A stretch of 64,000 bases of DNA from positions 171,244,001-171,308,000 of the forward strand of contig NC_083243.1 of the NCBI RefSeq assembly GCF_032191835.1, given 5' to 3'. Below are positions 36,276-49,413 of the stretch, one piece after another (the stretch's first letter is position 1; the number at the start of each line of letters is the position of its first letter). Below the pieces are notes generated by a model that saw nothing but the letters and a program-made list of their open reading frames with translations, was not told the DNA's origin and made no database searches. A program made the translations under genes and the position numbers. The DNA is from Heteronotia binoei. Its lineage: Eukaryota.

Positions 36276-38653
36276 GTGGCTAGTCTTCCAAGGGTGCCCA
36301 AGACATTAAACAGTGCTCAGTGCTGGCGCTGGAGTGCCAGCACAAGGCTGGCACCCCAGGCACAGTGCCCCTACCCACCCCTACCCAGCGCATTCCTCCT
36401 CCCCCCACCCTTGCCCCCAGTGAGGGCGAGCTCAGCCAGTAGCGGTGCGGTTAGCACAGCATGCCCCATCACTGACTGCTGTAACTCCCCCTCCCACCTC
36501 TTCTGTGCTTCAAGCTTCAAGTACAGATGTGGCACAAAGGTGGAGCTACAGAAGTTGGTGGTGGGGCATACTGTGTGAACCATGCAGCTGCCGCCACGCT
36601 TGTAAATTTCTCTCACCAGGGGCGAGGGTAGGAGGGAGGACCAAAACTGGTGCCCTCCCCCAAAGACTGTGTTCCAGGCAACTGCCTAAGGCTGCCTAAT
36701 GGACTTGCCAGCCATGACTGTGCCCATAGAATCCAGGCACTGAGCAGCAGGAGCCACAGAGGCAAGGTCTCAGAACTGGGAAGGGGAGCTGGGAGTCCTG
36801 CCTCTCCCAATGGGAAATTCCTACAAAAGGGGAAGGTGATAGCTGCAGATTACCCTAGAAAGAGAGACAAATCTCTCCAGGGAGTTGAGAACCCCTAGGA
36901 GGGCAAGGCAGAAATGGGACTGCAGGCCAGAGCACGCCATACCGATAACTAGCAGCAGCAGAGGATTGGTGTGTGTACTAGGTAAGGTGACACATCAGTG
37001 CAGAGAGGGTGGACTTGGCAATTAACTTCTAACTCTGAGGCAATGTGATTTTCTTTGCTCCTACTACATATAGTACTACAAGGAGGAGAAGGAGAAATAG
37101 GCAAGGGAGTGCCACCTTTTTGACAGTCTAGTCACTGTCCTAACACCCCAGTTTTCACCATTCTGGGGGAGAAATGCATTCGCTAAATTAGATTATCCTT
37201 TGATTCCATGATATATATTCTTGAGTATGTGTTAAATGACAAAATTATAAGAGAAAGTAATGAAATTGTGAAAGCTGGTATTAGGTCAAAATACTAATAC
37301 TGAGAATCGTTTTACCTCCATGCACATATGCTTCCTTAGAAACCATACCTGACATGAGTTAACATTTGGCACTGATCCAAGCTCTACATATATATACTAT
37401 TCATTTTATATCATCATTCCACTGTGTGGAAAATACTCTCAGAATCACTTTGTTATGAGGTAAACAAACTGCTTGGGGAATAATTATAAAGTGTATTGCA
37501 GAGTTGTGTATGTTGCAATTAAAAATAATGGGACTTGGTAAATAGAGTGTGCCAACATTTACATTTTGCTAACAATGTCCTCTGTACACAATTATTTATT
37601 AATTTGCTTCTCTTCTCTTGGGTGCTGCATAGATGCAATCATATATTTATTTTAATAAAATCTCACTGGGCCATTGGAGAAGTTGCTAATTAGACTTAGA
37701 ACTGTTTCTTGATCAGAGTTCCTACAAATGGCCTCTGATCACAACTGTAGTCAATCAGGTTGCTGTATTTGTAGACTTCAATATCCTGATTATTGTTACA
37801 CACAATACAATATGGCCTGTGCTTTGAGATCTTATAGGCCTAAACCCATGTAGAAAATGACATTTATACTCAAAACAGACTATGGTTATACTATGCACCA
37901 ACATTTTCTAGTTATTTGTCACCTCATCTTCATTAGGGAGGGCTGCCTATCTTTCCTATTGTGTTTTAGTATCACACACACACCTTACCTCTAAATGTGG
38001 GTAAGGCCCTGAAATGAATATCTTGCATTTTTGTGTGTAGATCAGCCTCATGGGCCTACTACATGCCAAAATGTTGTTGTATTTAAATTGTCCATTTACT
38101 GAGAATCTGCATAATGAAAGGATAGACTATGGCAGTTAGCCAACATGATGTGATGAAGGGGAATAGCAGGAAAGTTGGACTGAGCTGAGGCATCTGGACC
38201 ATCTACTACACCAGTGCTTAGGACTGTCAACTCTTATTTTTAAAAAAAATCCGGTGCCCTGGTTGAGGCCTGTTGCAGTGTTCTCTGCATCACCGTCAGA
38301 ACCCAGAATGGTTAGAGATGGGGATGTAAAATCTTTTTGGGGGGTGGGGGGGACGTGTATCAGTTCAGGAGAAGACCCCGTAAAAGAGCTGTCTTCTTAA
38401 GATGTATAGCCGAAGAAAAAGCCAGTTAGGAAAGTGGTGAGTGAAGGAGTGGGGGAAGAGAAGCAAACAGATTTGGCCTTTGTTTTTCTGGCACCTGGGA
38501 ACACATTTTGCTTACTGTGATGGTTCCTCGTGGGCCACTGCCCTGAAGGATTTCTAGAGGCCAGGAGCAAGCCAAGATGAACTTTAGCAACACTGGCAGA
38601 GCCACAGGGTCCACTCAACTTGGATCTGACCAGTGGTGACAGGCTCACTTGTT

Positions 38654-39172
38654 TAGGGTTGCCAAGTCCAATTCAAGAAATATCTGGGGACTTTGGGGGT
38701 GGGGCCAGGAGACTTTGGGGGTGGAGCCAGGAGACATTGGGGGCGGAGCCAGGAGCACAGGTGTGATAAGCAGAATTGAACTCCAAGGGAGTTCTGGCCA
38801 TCACATTTAAAGGGACAGCACACCTTTTAAAATGCCTTCCTTCCATAGAAAATAATGAAGGATAGGGGCACCTTCTTTTGGGGCTCGTAGAATTGGACCC
38901 CCTGGTCCAATACTTTTGAAACTTGGGGGGCATTTTGGGAAGAGGCACTACATGCTATACTGAAAATTTGGCACATCTACCTCAAAAAACAGCCCCCCCA
39001 GAGCCCCCGATACCCGCGGATCAATTCCCCATCATTCCTTATGGGAATTGTTCATGGAGGTGCATAATGGCTGTGGGGGTGGGGCTTCCCCCGCCAGCCA
39101 GCTGGCTGGGGGAGGGGGGAAGCCTGTAAAACCGGGGGATCCCCCGCTGGGACCTGGGGATTGGGAAGCCTA
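38654..39172 (+). mobile_element. hAT Blackjack-like MITE
   Basis: TAGGGTTGCCAA...TTGGGAAGCCTA with a perfect 8-bp TSD, CACTTGTT. Confidence 0.92.
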
Positions 39173-39466
39173 CACTTGTTGCATGTTCCCATGCCAGTAA
39201 ACACTGGGTCTAAGCAGAGCAGCCCAGAGGTGATAGTTGGGCCTATACTGCCTGTGACTACTAGCTGGTTCCAAGCCAAACTGTAGTGTCTGCATCTAGC
39301 TTGTTTTTAGGTGTTGCAGAACTTATTCCTAACTACTGACAGTGATCATTATGGTTTCCATTTTTTAAATTGATGATTATATTTGTTGTCTTTATTGACA
39401 GAATAATAAACCATCTTGAATATTCAGTAGAAATGTGGCACTTTCCTATTAAATTATCATTAAATC

Positions 39467-40235
39467 TAGGCTTCCCAACCCTCCCGCTCTGGCGGGAGTC
39501 CCCTGGGTTTGCAGCCTCATCTCCCGGTCTTCAAGAAGTGAGAAGCGGGGGGTGGGGGGTGGAGGGGGGGGAGAACATACCTGTAGGCTTCATTATAGAG
39601 CTCCTGAGCCGTTTGTAAAATGTCTGCCGCTTTAAGGCTGGGCAGGGAGCAGGAAGGGCTTGGGAGAACAGCCCCGCCCTTTCTTTTGCTTTCACTTTCA
39701 CAGCAAGAGTTTTCCGGAAGAAGATCTGGTAAGTGTGTGTGTGTGTGTGAGGGAGGGAGGGGGCAGGGGATTCCCTGGTTTGGAGGCCCTCCCCCCTTTT
39801 AGAAAGCGCGTGGGGGGGGAGGGAAATGTCTACTGGGCATTCTATTATTCCCTATGGAGAACGATTCCCATAGGGAATAATAGGGAATTCATCCGTTGGT
39901 ATTGGGGGCTCTGGGGGGCTATTTTTTGAGGTAGAGGCACCAAATTTTTAGTATAACATCTAGTGCCTCTCCCCAAAATACCCCCCAAGTTTCAAAACGA
40001 TTGGACCAGAGGGTCCAATTCTATGAGCCCCAAAAGATGGTGCCCCTATACTTCATTATTTCCTATGGAAGAAAGGAATTTTATAAGGTGTGCTGTCCCT
40101 TTAAATGTGATGGCCAGAACTCCCTTGGAGTTCAATTATGCTTGTCACATCCTTGTTCTTGGCTCCACCCCCAAAGTCTCCTGGCTCCACCCCCAAAGTC
40201 CCCAGATTTTTCTTTAATTGGACTTGGCAACCCTA
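39467..40235 (-). mobile_element. hAT Blackjack-like MITE, longer subfamily
   Basis: TAGGCTTCCCAA...TTGGCAACCCTA with a perfect 8-bp TSD, ATTAAATC. Confidence 0.92.
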
Positions 40236-41895
40236 ATTAAATCACAAAGTGAATAAAGCAAGCATTGTCCTGCTGCCCGCCATTCCTGCAAAATTGTATT
40301 GCAGTTCTTACTTTCCCCCACTTTCAGCAGGGCTGTCAACAGGCCTAGAGAAAAATGCCCTGTCCTTTTAGGGTAGTCTTAACGGCTGGTGCCAGATGGG
40401 TGGCTTAAGCCACCCCAGGGATGGCAGGCAAGTGGATAAAAAAAAGCATGTCCAAATGTTCCCATCTGCCTGCCATCCTGCTCCCATACTCAACCTGTCC
40501 CCACCTGACTGAGAGCCAGCTCAAAAAGGTACCACATCCAAAGTAGTACCTAATCGCTGAGGCACTTCTGCGGCCATCTGGATTGCCAGGAAGTGTCCTA
40601 GAAGTGACCAGGGAGTGGGGAATGGATGCATGAGTGCTCTGGAAGCTCCTCCAGGGAGCCCATGGCCCATCCCTATTCCAGGGGTAGGCCATGTGCTGTC
40701 TAGATGCTCCAGGGCACTCTTGTTTCTGTTGGCTCACTTCCAGGACAGTGTGCTGCTTCTCTGAGCTGGCAGTGTGGAACCAGCCAATGCCATGAACAAT
40801 TTAAGCTGCTCATTCTCACACATTAAGCTTCTATTAAAGGGACAGTACTTTTCTTCTCCAAGCCTTTAGCAACCCCAACTCTCAGTGGCTGGAAGAACTA
40901 GAAGAAATAACCAGTAGCAATAATTAAAATTAGCACTGAACATTGAAACATGAGGAGGGGGTAAGGTAAGGTGATCAGGGAGGGACAAATAATTTTTTTT
41001 TTGCACTTCCTTGATTTGCCGGAGAGTTTACATAGTTATGTGATTGTAGAGGAAGCTTAAAGGCTTGGATGATAGCATATTGATTATGGTTTCCTAGATG
41101 CCAATATCCATGGGAAAGAACATTAAGTCTCCTGGAATAAGTTGACAAAGAAGGTATAACGGGTCTGGTTTCTAGCACATTTAATGAGCTGACCAGAAAC
41201 TCAACAAAAAGGAATTAGATGATAAGCTGCTTATTTTCAGGGGTCATTTTGTAGAAAAAGCTTTCCAGGAACTCATTAGCATAACTTATTTGCATAAGTT
41301 ATTTGCATATGCCACACCCCCTAACATCACCGGAAGTGTGTCAGAAGGCAACGCCCACCGCTCAGGCTCCACTCCAAAATCTCCAGTTATTTCCCAACTC
41401 AGAGATGGCAATCCGGAGAAAAATTACATCAAAAACACAAAGTGAACAGACGAGATGTGAAATGATTTCAGTACCACAAACATTTATCAGAGGGCATGCA
41501 TGGCCTGTCAAGTACTTTGGGGGGAAAGAAAGATGGGGGACAGATGACAGGGAGAGATAGAGAAAGAAAGGAGAGGTGAGGGGGGTGAGAGAGAGAGAAG
41601 AGGGGAGAGAGGCTTCTCAGTCTCCACTCCACACACATGGAAATTATCTGGCTGCTGAGTTCGCAACAGCTCTTGAAACGAACCCTTTTCTGGACAGTTT
41701 TTTTAGTAGTGGCTGGGACTTGCCACTTCTTTCTGACTTACACCATTTTTCTTTCATAGTTAATTTTATTTTGCACTGATTGATTGGCCAAGCAAAAGGC
41801 CTTACATTGATTTTATACTTGTTTCTGTAATTTTATTTTTCCAGTAACAAGACTGGGCTTTTTTAGTCTGCCCTTTTCTCATACTGATCATCATA

Positions 41896-42182
41896 GGGTG
41901 TTTTCGCACTTACCTTTTACTGGCGCGAGTACCCTCCTGACGCCGGCGAATCTGCAGGGATTTCGCACCAGAAGCGCCGGCGCACCCAGAAGCGCCGGCA
42001 ACTTCCGTCGCTAAGCCAGCGCAAACGTTTTCCTGCATCTTTGCGATTTCCGTTTGCGCTGGCTTAGCGACGGAAGTTGCCGGCGCTTCTGGGTGCGCCG
42101 GCGCTTCTGGTGCGAAATCCCTGCAGATTCGCCAGCGTCAGGAGGATGGTCGCGCCAGTAAAAGGTAAGTGCGAAAACACCC
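41896..42182. mobile_element. Young palindromic PIF/Harbinger-type MITE
   Basis: Near-perfect hairpin with arms of about 130 bp, TIR GGGTGTTTTCGCAC, ATA on both flanks and CpGs retained. Confidence 0.8.
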
Positions 42183-42699
42183 ATAGTGTTTTTTTCCTGC
42201 TCCTCTTATTGTTTCTGCTTTTCCATTTCACATTGCTTCAATAGCTGTTTCGTTAGCTCTGGGTACCCTATGCTGAAGGGCACTATATGCCCTTCCCATC
42301 CTATCTCTTGGAGAGACAGGGCAGCCCACTTCCTCCATAAAGGGGGGGGGGAAAGCCCTCCATCCTCTCTCCTGGGGAACTGAACCTGATTTGTGAGGAA
42401 ATTTCCAGGAAAGACTCGGAGACTGGCTCCTTTGCTGAGAGAGGGGTGGGGGTGGGGGTGGGAAAAGAAGATATAGAACCCCCCTCTGCCTCCAACAGAA
42501 GACTCCCACTCACCCAGTAGCCCAGGACGGCTAGGCAGGCCTTGCATGGCTGGGCAACTCTCCTGCGTGCCCCATGTGAAAGGTGAAAGACCTCCCCCTG
42601 AGATGTCTGCTTGTTCGGCAAGGTGTAGGCTGAAGGTGCCCAACCACCAACCACCAATGCTGCCTCAGCCAATGCCCGCTTGACAGGGCAGGCCCCAGC

Positions 42700-43180
42700 C
42701 TTGTCCTGCTGTGGAGGCACAATGCACTTGCCTTCAGCAGAGGAGCACTCCTCCCCCGAGGGCAAGTGCACTCAGTCAAGCCAAGCAAGACAAGGAAGGC
42801 CAGGCCTGCAATGGAGGCCAGAGATCACCCTCCCCCACCTTGCCTGCTGCCCTTCCCTTGAGGACTAGTGCATCTATCCAAGCAAGGCAAGGAAGGTCGG
42901 GCCTGCAATGGAGGCCAGAGATCACCTCTCCTGCTGCAGTCCTTCACTCGAGGGCAAGTGCGCCCAGCCGAGCAAGGCATGGAAGACCAGGCCTGCAATG
43001 GAGGACAGAGATCATCCCCCACCCCCGCTGCTGCTGCCCTTCCCTCGAGGGCCAGTGAACCCAGCTGAGCAAGCCAAGGAAGGCCAGGCCTGCAATGGAG
43101 GCCAGAGATTGCCCTCCTCCTGCCACCACCCTTCCCTCAAGGTCAAGTGCACCCAGCCAAGCAGGGCAAGCGAGGCCAAG
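42700..43180. repeat. Degenerate 90-97-bp GC-rich tandem repeat (about 5 units)
   Basis: gcctgcaatggagg recurs at about 42804, 42901, 42991 and 43088. Confidence 0.85.
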
Positions 43181-43614
43181 GCTTGCCCTTTAGTGTGGAT
43201 TGAAGACCACCCTCCCCCATTCAGAGAAGTCCATCCCCTCTCCTCACAATTTATCGAGCAGTAGCCAGTCCAGCAGGATCGCCAGATAGGCAGTAACTCC
43301 AAGCAAGGCCTCAACCTCTCCCCTTGCAGGGCTGAGGGGGTGAGGCCAGATTTCCAAAGAGCCTATACTGCCTTTGAAACTCCAGCTGACTTCAAGAGAA
43401 GCAGAGCTGGAGCAGAGACAGGCACAGAGAACTTCTCCATGTGCTGGTGCCTTATAAGGTAAAAATTAAATAAATACTTTGTTTCTTCTCTCCCGGAACA
43501 TTGTTCCTGTGTGTTCCTGCTGGAAATGAGCCCTGCTTATTTTTAATGAGATGTCAAAATGGGACTAATAAGATTTAGACTACCAACACCACAAATTTAA
43601 ACCCTGGTCTTTTT

Positions 43615-43842
43615 TCTGAATCAGAGTCTCAGAACGGCTTACAATCTCCTTTTATCTTCTTTCCCCACAACAGACACCCTGTGAGGTAGATAGCTGAGAG
43701 AGTTCTTACAGCAGCTGCCCTTCAAGGACAACTCCTACGAGAGCTATGGCTGACCCAAGGCCATTCCAACAGGTGCAGGTGGAAGAGTGGGGAATCAAAC
43801 CCAGTTAAGAGTCCACACACTTAACCACTACACCAAACTGGG
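43615..43842 (-). mobile_element. Squam3-type SINE
   Basis: Reverse complement closely matches 60100-60379. Confidence 0.85.
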
Positions 43843-44039
43843 TTTTATTGAGCAGGATACAGTTGAAATCTTTGTAAAAGAGAAAAAGATTTGGCAGATC
43901 CCTCTCTTGTTTGTTAATTACTTCTGTAGTTAATTACAGCTTTTGATATTTTGTTTACAGCCTTTTAATATTATGTTAATAGGTGTAAAATAACTGCTGT
44001 TTAAGGGATTAAGGCATGGATCCTTAAAATTCCTAAAGA

Positions 44040-45330
44040 TTTATGGAAAATATATATTTAAGTCACAAAGAATACCCAATTAAGAAATACCTTACTAAGT
44101 AAGACTATCTCTTATCTCAGGAAGTCTTCCCCAGTAGCCAAAGAAAATGACAGATTTATTGATACAAAGCTGTGAATAAGGATTTAAAATTAAACTCTTT
44201 TTCTCTTCTTTATGTTTAAAAATGCTTTATATTTAAAATGCTTATATTGAATCACTGAGAAACATATTTAGTCAATAAAATATAAAAAGTAGTTTAAGCA
44301 AAGCCTAATAATTTAAAATTTACAGGCTTTTTGTTTAATACAAAGGCTACTATGAAGTAATTAAACTGCTGCAATATGCATTATTTTTTAACAAACCAGA
44401 GGTAATCTGAATTAACAAAAGTATTTTCAGCCAACTAAAGCCAAGGCTATAACAAGACTGAAAGATAGCCAAGATATTAATGAACAGATGTTCAGTACCA
44501 GTAATTGCTATCTCAGATACTTGCATTAGGCAAAAGTACTTTAATGAGAAATAAATCATAAGAACATGACAACTTAATTGGAGAAGCAGAAGTTATATTT
44601 TTCAATACAGAGAGGGCCCTCAAGTGGCTAAAAGAAGAATGGTTTATTTACCAATTTTTACCAAAAAAATATGAAAATTTAATATTTTTTAAAAAAATCA
44701 ATAAGAGTTTCCTGCTGAGTTAAATGGAAAACAAAAGTATGTATTCAAGAAAGGAAAAGAACTTCTATGCCATGAGCTACTTTGAAACTGGAAAATGCAT
44801 GCAAGAAGTTTGATTTTTCTAAGAAATGGTTGAAATAGGATTATTGCTGTTTTTCACATATATCTGATAGGAATACTTTATAAAAAAGTATTTTTATGTC
44901 TTATATAAGCATGTACTAATATAAAGAAAAACAATACCAGAGATAGTTAATTTTTGCTTATAATATGAATTTAAGCTTGTAAATTCATAAAAATGGAAAG
45001 TCTGAGAAAACAGCCAACAAAAGATAGCATGAAGGTCTTTGTCTAGAAAGGTACCATATTTCATTTTTAACACAGAGATTTTGATAAGGCAACTGTGGAT
45101 CAAAGGACAGTAAAAGTTGAAAGAAAGCCAGCAACATCTTATTTGTCAAATGTAAAATTAATGGATGTTAGAAACAAAGAAAAGCGAAATACCCATGTGC
45201 AAATGATGTCAAAGTTGATGTAAAACTGGAAGAAAAAATCAAGAGTATAAAAATTGGAACACAACTGTTGCTCAGTGGACATCTGAGCTAAACTTTTAGC
45301 TGCATGTTGTCCCTTATTCAAATAAAACTT
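44040..45330 (+). mobile_element. Highly degenerate A-rich L1-like ORF2 remnant
   Basis: A-rich sense strand with faint motif traces (DYLLS, NKP, SVD..KLLA). Confidence 0.35.
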
Positions 45331-45499
45331 TTTTTACCCTCTTGTTACCTGGATTTTATCTCACTGTGTGATTTCAATTGGCTAGCCACACAAGTCAAAG
45401 AACCTTAGCACCCTGAGGGCATTGCTTTCATGATCAACATTTATAGTGGTTTTTTTTTCCTTTTAGACATCACTACAACCCCAGTGGTATTAAACAGTG

Positions 45500-46150
45500 A
45501 CCATCCTATGTTCTCCTGAAGAACGCTGCTGAACTGGATTTATTTTTTATTAAACCTAACATCGGATAAGATGGAGAAACGACTAAAATATTTGATTTTG
45601 AATATAGTAACGGCTGTGCCTGCTGGTATAGAGCCATTCTTCCACACTTGAATCTTGGCTGGGGCTGCCCACCTGTATCATTTGCTTCTTGAAGCCATTT
45701 TGTTATAGGTTTCAGTTCCTTGTGTTTTGAAATAGCTTCTTGGGGGAGATCTGGGAAGATTTCAGTCTTCAGATCTCGGAATGCAAAAACACCACAAGAG
45801 CGTACCTTTGTCAATATTTTCCGTTTGGTCCGTTGGTCTTGGAGAGTGATTACTATATCACAGCGATTTTTTTTCTTTTAGGGTTGTGTTTGGCTCCAAG
45901 TCTAAAAGCATTTAGAATTACAGGAGAGGCATTGTCTCTCAGGTGCATTTCTTTGGAGAGCCATCGAGTAAGAAATACAATGTTTTCTTCCATGTCATTT
46001 GGAAAACCACATAGTTTAAGGTTAAATTGTTTGGAATCAGAGCCTCTGCTTCATGTCAGCTTACTCTGATCTTATTTGTTTAACAGCCTCTTTAGGCGTC
46101 TGGCTAATTCTAAGGCATTTTCTGCTTTCAGATTAACATCTTGCAGGGAC
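45500..46150 (-). mobile_element. L1 ORF1 remnant
   Basis: NLKLCGFP, RWLSKEMHL, AFRLG, KILTKVR and EIFPDLPQEAISKHKELKPITKWLQ match the vertebrate L1 ORF1 pattern. Confidence 0.7.
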
Positions 46151-46269
46151 TGATTTATAGCATCCAAGATCAAGGGCAAGCTGTGAGACCATTTCTCCCC
46201 CCAGCTGTCCAAAATTGCCTGCCACTGTGCATTCTACAAGAGGGATCAAACACCCAGAGAATCAGTGTC

Positions 46270-46560
46270 CTTTGACAAGCCACTCATCAATGCAACTTCT
46301 CTAACCTGGAGGAGGCACTCTGGGACCACCTTGTGTGTGGTCTCTGGAATGAAAAACTCCAGCAACAGCTCTTCACAAAGAAGCAGCTGGACTTCAAGAT
46401 GGCTTATGAGGAGGCCATTGCTGCAGAAGCTGCTGAGCAATCCATGAATGAGGTGCACCAAATGCACAGTCCGTCTCCTTCTCACAAGTCCAAGGTCATC
46501 CAGCAGGGGAGCATTGATGACTTCTCCTTTATGGACAAGGATGATGACATCGATATCCTG
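46270..46560 (+). mobile_element. Gypsy-type gag fragment
   Basis: CNFSNLEEALWDHLVCGLWNEKLQQQLFTKKQLDFKMAYEEAIAAEAA matches the LRDRLVCGL...A.EAA gag motif. Confidence 0.7.
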
Positions 46561-46945
46561 CACATGAAGGTTGCCAGCTGGAAGAGAGAGGGGACACAGC
46601 TGTTCCAGAGGACCTCTTGCTCTAGATGGTGTTTTTGAGAGTAACATTAACTCTGCCTTTGGAGCTCACAGTCTAAATTTCAACAGGGGAGGGGAAGAAA
46701 GATAGCATTAAGGATAAGAGAATAATATGTATAAATGTAGTTAGGTGTATTTGGGCTTAGTTTTAATAGCCATTAGGCCCAAGGTTTCACAGAAGAGGCA
46801 GGATGGGAGGCAGAGAAACAAAAGGCATTATATAGGTTTCTGAGAGAGATTTGTAGGCATAAAAAGCATCAAGGATGAACAAATGGAATTTCTTAAGAGA
46901 GCAGGTTATCTTCAGGTACTTGGCAATTGGAAACTGGAATAAAAT

Positions 46946-47313
46946 AGGGTTGCCAGGTCCCCCTTAGCCACTGGCAGGGGATGGGAGAGTAGGGTTGCCC
47001 TATCCAGATGGAAAAAGGTAGGGGTGTGAAGTGATATATGACAATGTATTTAAATTTGAATTTTGAAAGAAGGAAGTTGCTTCAAAGAAAGAGATGGGTT
47101 TGAGGGAGTACCCAGAAAGTGACATCACAGGAAGAGGTGGAGTTTTGGTGTAGTGTGTTGGAACTGACATCATTGGAAGGGGTAGAGCTTGTGTAGTGAT
47201 GTCATTTGACCTTTGACCTGGAAGTGACATCACAGGACATGCCATCACAAAAAGTCTCCTGGCTTTATCCCCCAAAGTCCCCAGGTATTTCCCGAGATGG
47301 ACCTGGCAACCCT
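46946..47313. mobile_element. hAT Blackjack-like MITE
   Basis: TAGGGTTGCCAGGTCC...GGACCTGGCAACCCTG. Confidence 0.75.
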
Positions 47314-47389
47314 GTTTGCAGCCCTATATAGCTTACCCTAACTGAATACAACTGCAGTGCCTTCATTAGAATACCCTTGCTTGTTGCTT

Positions 47390-47391
<2 letters not shown>

Positions 47392-47462
<71 letters not shown>
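47392..47462. repeat. (TA)n microsatellite, about 35 units
   Basis: Direct reading. Confidence 0.98.
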
Positions 47463-47469
<7 letters not shown>

Positions 47470-48262
47470 TCTTCTCCTAATACAGTCATTTCCATTCTTT
47501 CTAAGCTTTCACGTTCTTTGACACTTCCAGTTTAGTGACAACTCAACATGATTTTAGTGACAACTCAACTTGATTTTAATATGTTGGTATCCATAATTAA
47601 TATTAGTATAGGAATAAGAAGGTATAACTGGTTAGAGTATTCACTCTTGTTAACAATAAAGACACTGTTATTTCAGATACTACTGGAATCATAATCATAA
47701 ACTTCCATAAGAAATCACAAACTTATAATAAAAAATATTAAGAATGTTAGAGACTGAAAATGGTCAGGCTGTGGGTTGATAGTAAAGATATCAGAGAAAC
47801 CCAATGGGAACATATTACATGGAATTTATTCAGTTTCTACAAGATCCTCTCATTTCAGATTTCTGATGACAGAAAACATCTCTCTGTCTGTCTATCTATC
47901 TATCTATCATCTATTTATTTATTTAGGCAATTTATATTCCCCCCTTACCCCAAAACGGGCTCAGGGAAGATAACATTATAAAAGCAATATAAACATGAAG
48001 CTGCCTTGTACTTGCCCTGTTCACATGTTACAGGGTAGGCCTATATGTGCATACATCCTTTTATAAGTAACAGCCAGAAAAGCTTGATGTTATTATTGGT
48101 CCATATTCTCTCCCCAGACTGGTAATGGCTCTCCAAGCTCTCAGGTAGAGGTTTTTCACCTCACGTGTTACCTGATCCTTCTACGTGGGGATGCTGGTGA
48201 TTGGACCCTTCATGTTAATTGCTGGAAACAAAATGCACTGGAAATCATGAGCTTCTAAACCT

Positions 48263-49210
48263 TCATCTGAGAACAACCGCAATTCTTTCCATTGATCTCT
48301 TCAGAGCATCCTTAACTTCCTTATTTCTCAGACTGTAGATCAAAGGGTTCAGCATAGGAATCACCAGTGCGTAGAAGATGGAAGCAATTTTGTCAGTCTC
48401 TAGTGAATGATTAGTACTGGGCTGCAAATACATAAAGATCAGAGTTCCATAGAAGATAGTTACAGCTGTCAGGTGAGAAACACAGGTGGAGAAGGCTTTA
48501 TGTTGGCCTTGAGCAGTACGAATTCTTAGGATGGCAGAGAGGATAAAAATGTAAGAGATGAGCACAATGAGAAGGGAGCATATCATGTCAAACCCAGCAA
48601 ACGCATAGATTAGGATTTGTTTGGTGCTGATGTCAGAGCAAGACAGTGCCAGGAGTGGGAGGTCATCACAGTAGAAATGATTGATCACATTAGCAGAGCA
48701 GAAGGACAAATGGAATGTTACTATTGTGTGGAACAGAGCAACACCAAAGCTGTATATATAAGGGGCAGCTACTAGCTGGATACACACTTTCTGGGACATG
48801 ATAGTTTGGTAAAGCAGTGGGTTACAGATGGCCACATAGCGGTCATATGCCATCACTGCCAGAAGGAAACACTCTGTGATCATGAATGTTAGAAAGCAGC
48901 CCAACTGTGCTGCACATGCATTGTAAGAAATGGTTTTTTTAGCTGCTAAAAAGTTTGTCAGCATTTTAGGGGCAATGACAGAGGAATAGCAAAGGTCAAC
49001 AAAAGCCAAGTGGCTGAGGAAGAAGTACATGGGAGTATGGAGCTGGGAATCAGTCCTGATTAAGATAATGATCCCCAGATTTCCTATCACAGTGATAACA
49101 TAGAAAAGAAGGAATACTACAAAGAGAGGGACCTGCAAATCTGGATTATCAGTGATTCCAAACAAAATGAATTCCTTGACTATGCTCTTGGTGTGATTGG
49201 CATCTGCCAT
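48263..49210 (-). CDS. Olfactory receptor, OR8U-like (family 5/8/9 clade), intact (315 aa)
   Basis: NHT glycosylation site; [31 protein letters not shown] and [32 protein letters not shown] and [10 protein letters not shown] recall OR8U. Confidence 0.95.
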   Translation of the reverse strand: MADANHTKSIVKEFILFGITDNPDLQVPLFVVFLLFYVITVIGNLGIIILIRTDSQLHTPMYFFLSHLAFVDLCYSSVIAPKMLTNFLAAKKTISYNACAAQLGCFLTFMITECFLLAVMAYDRYVAICNPLLYQTIMSQKVCIQLVAAPYIYSFGVALFHTIVTFHLSFCSANVINHFYCDDLPLLALSCSDISTKQILIYAFAGFDMICSLLIVLISYIFILSAILRIRTAQGQHKAFSTCVSHLTAVTIFYGTLIFMYLQPSTNHSLETDKIASIFYALVIPMLNPLIYSLRNKEVKDALKRSMERIAVVLR

Positions 49211-49247
49211 TTATTCCATCTCAATTATCTACTTCAGCAGTTCCCAA

Positions 49248-49413
49248 GAACATGGGAGTATGGAGATGAGTATCGGTCCTGATCAAGATAATGATTCCCT
49301 AGATTTCCTATCAGAGTGTTAATACAGGTCAGAAGAAACAAAACAAAGAGAGTGATCTGTAGATCTGAGCAGGAAGTGATCCCCAGGGGAATGAGCTTTT
49401 TGACAGTGGTATT
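49248..49413 (-). pseudogene. OR 5' fragment (N-terminus to LHTPM) directly upstream of the OR8U-like gene
   Basis: NTTVKKLIPLGITSCSDLQITLFVLFLLTCINTLIGNLG, then a frameshift, then [16 protein letters not shown]. Confidence 0.85.
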
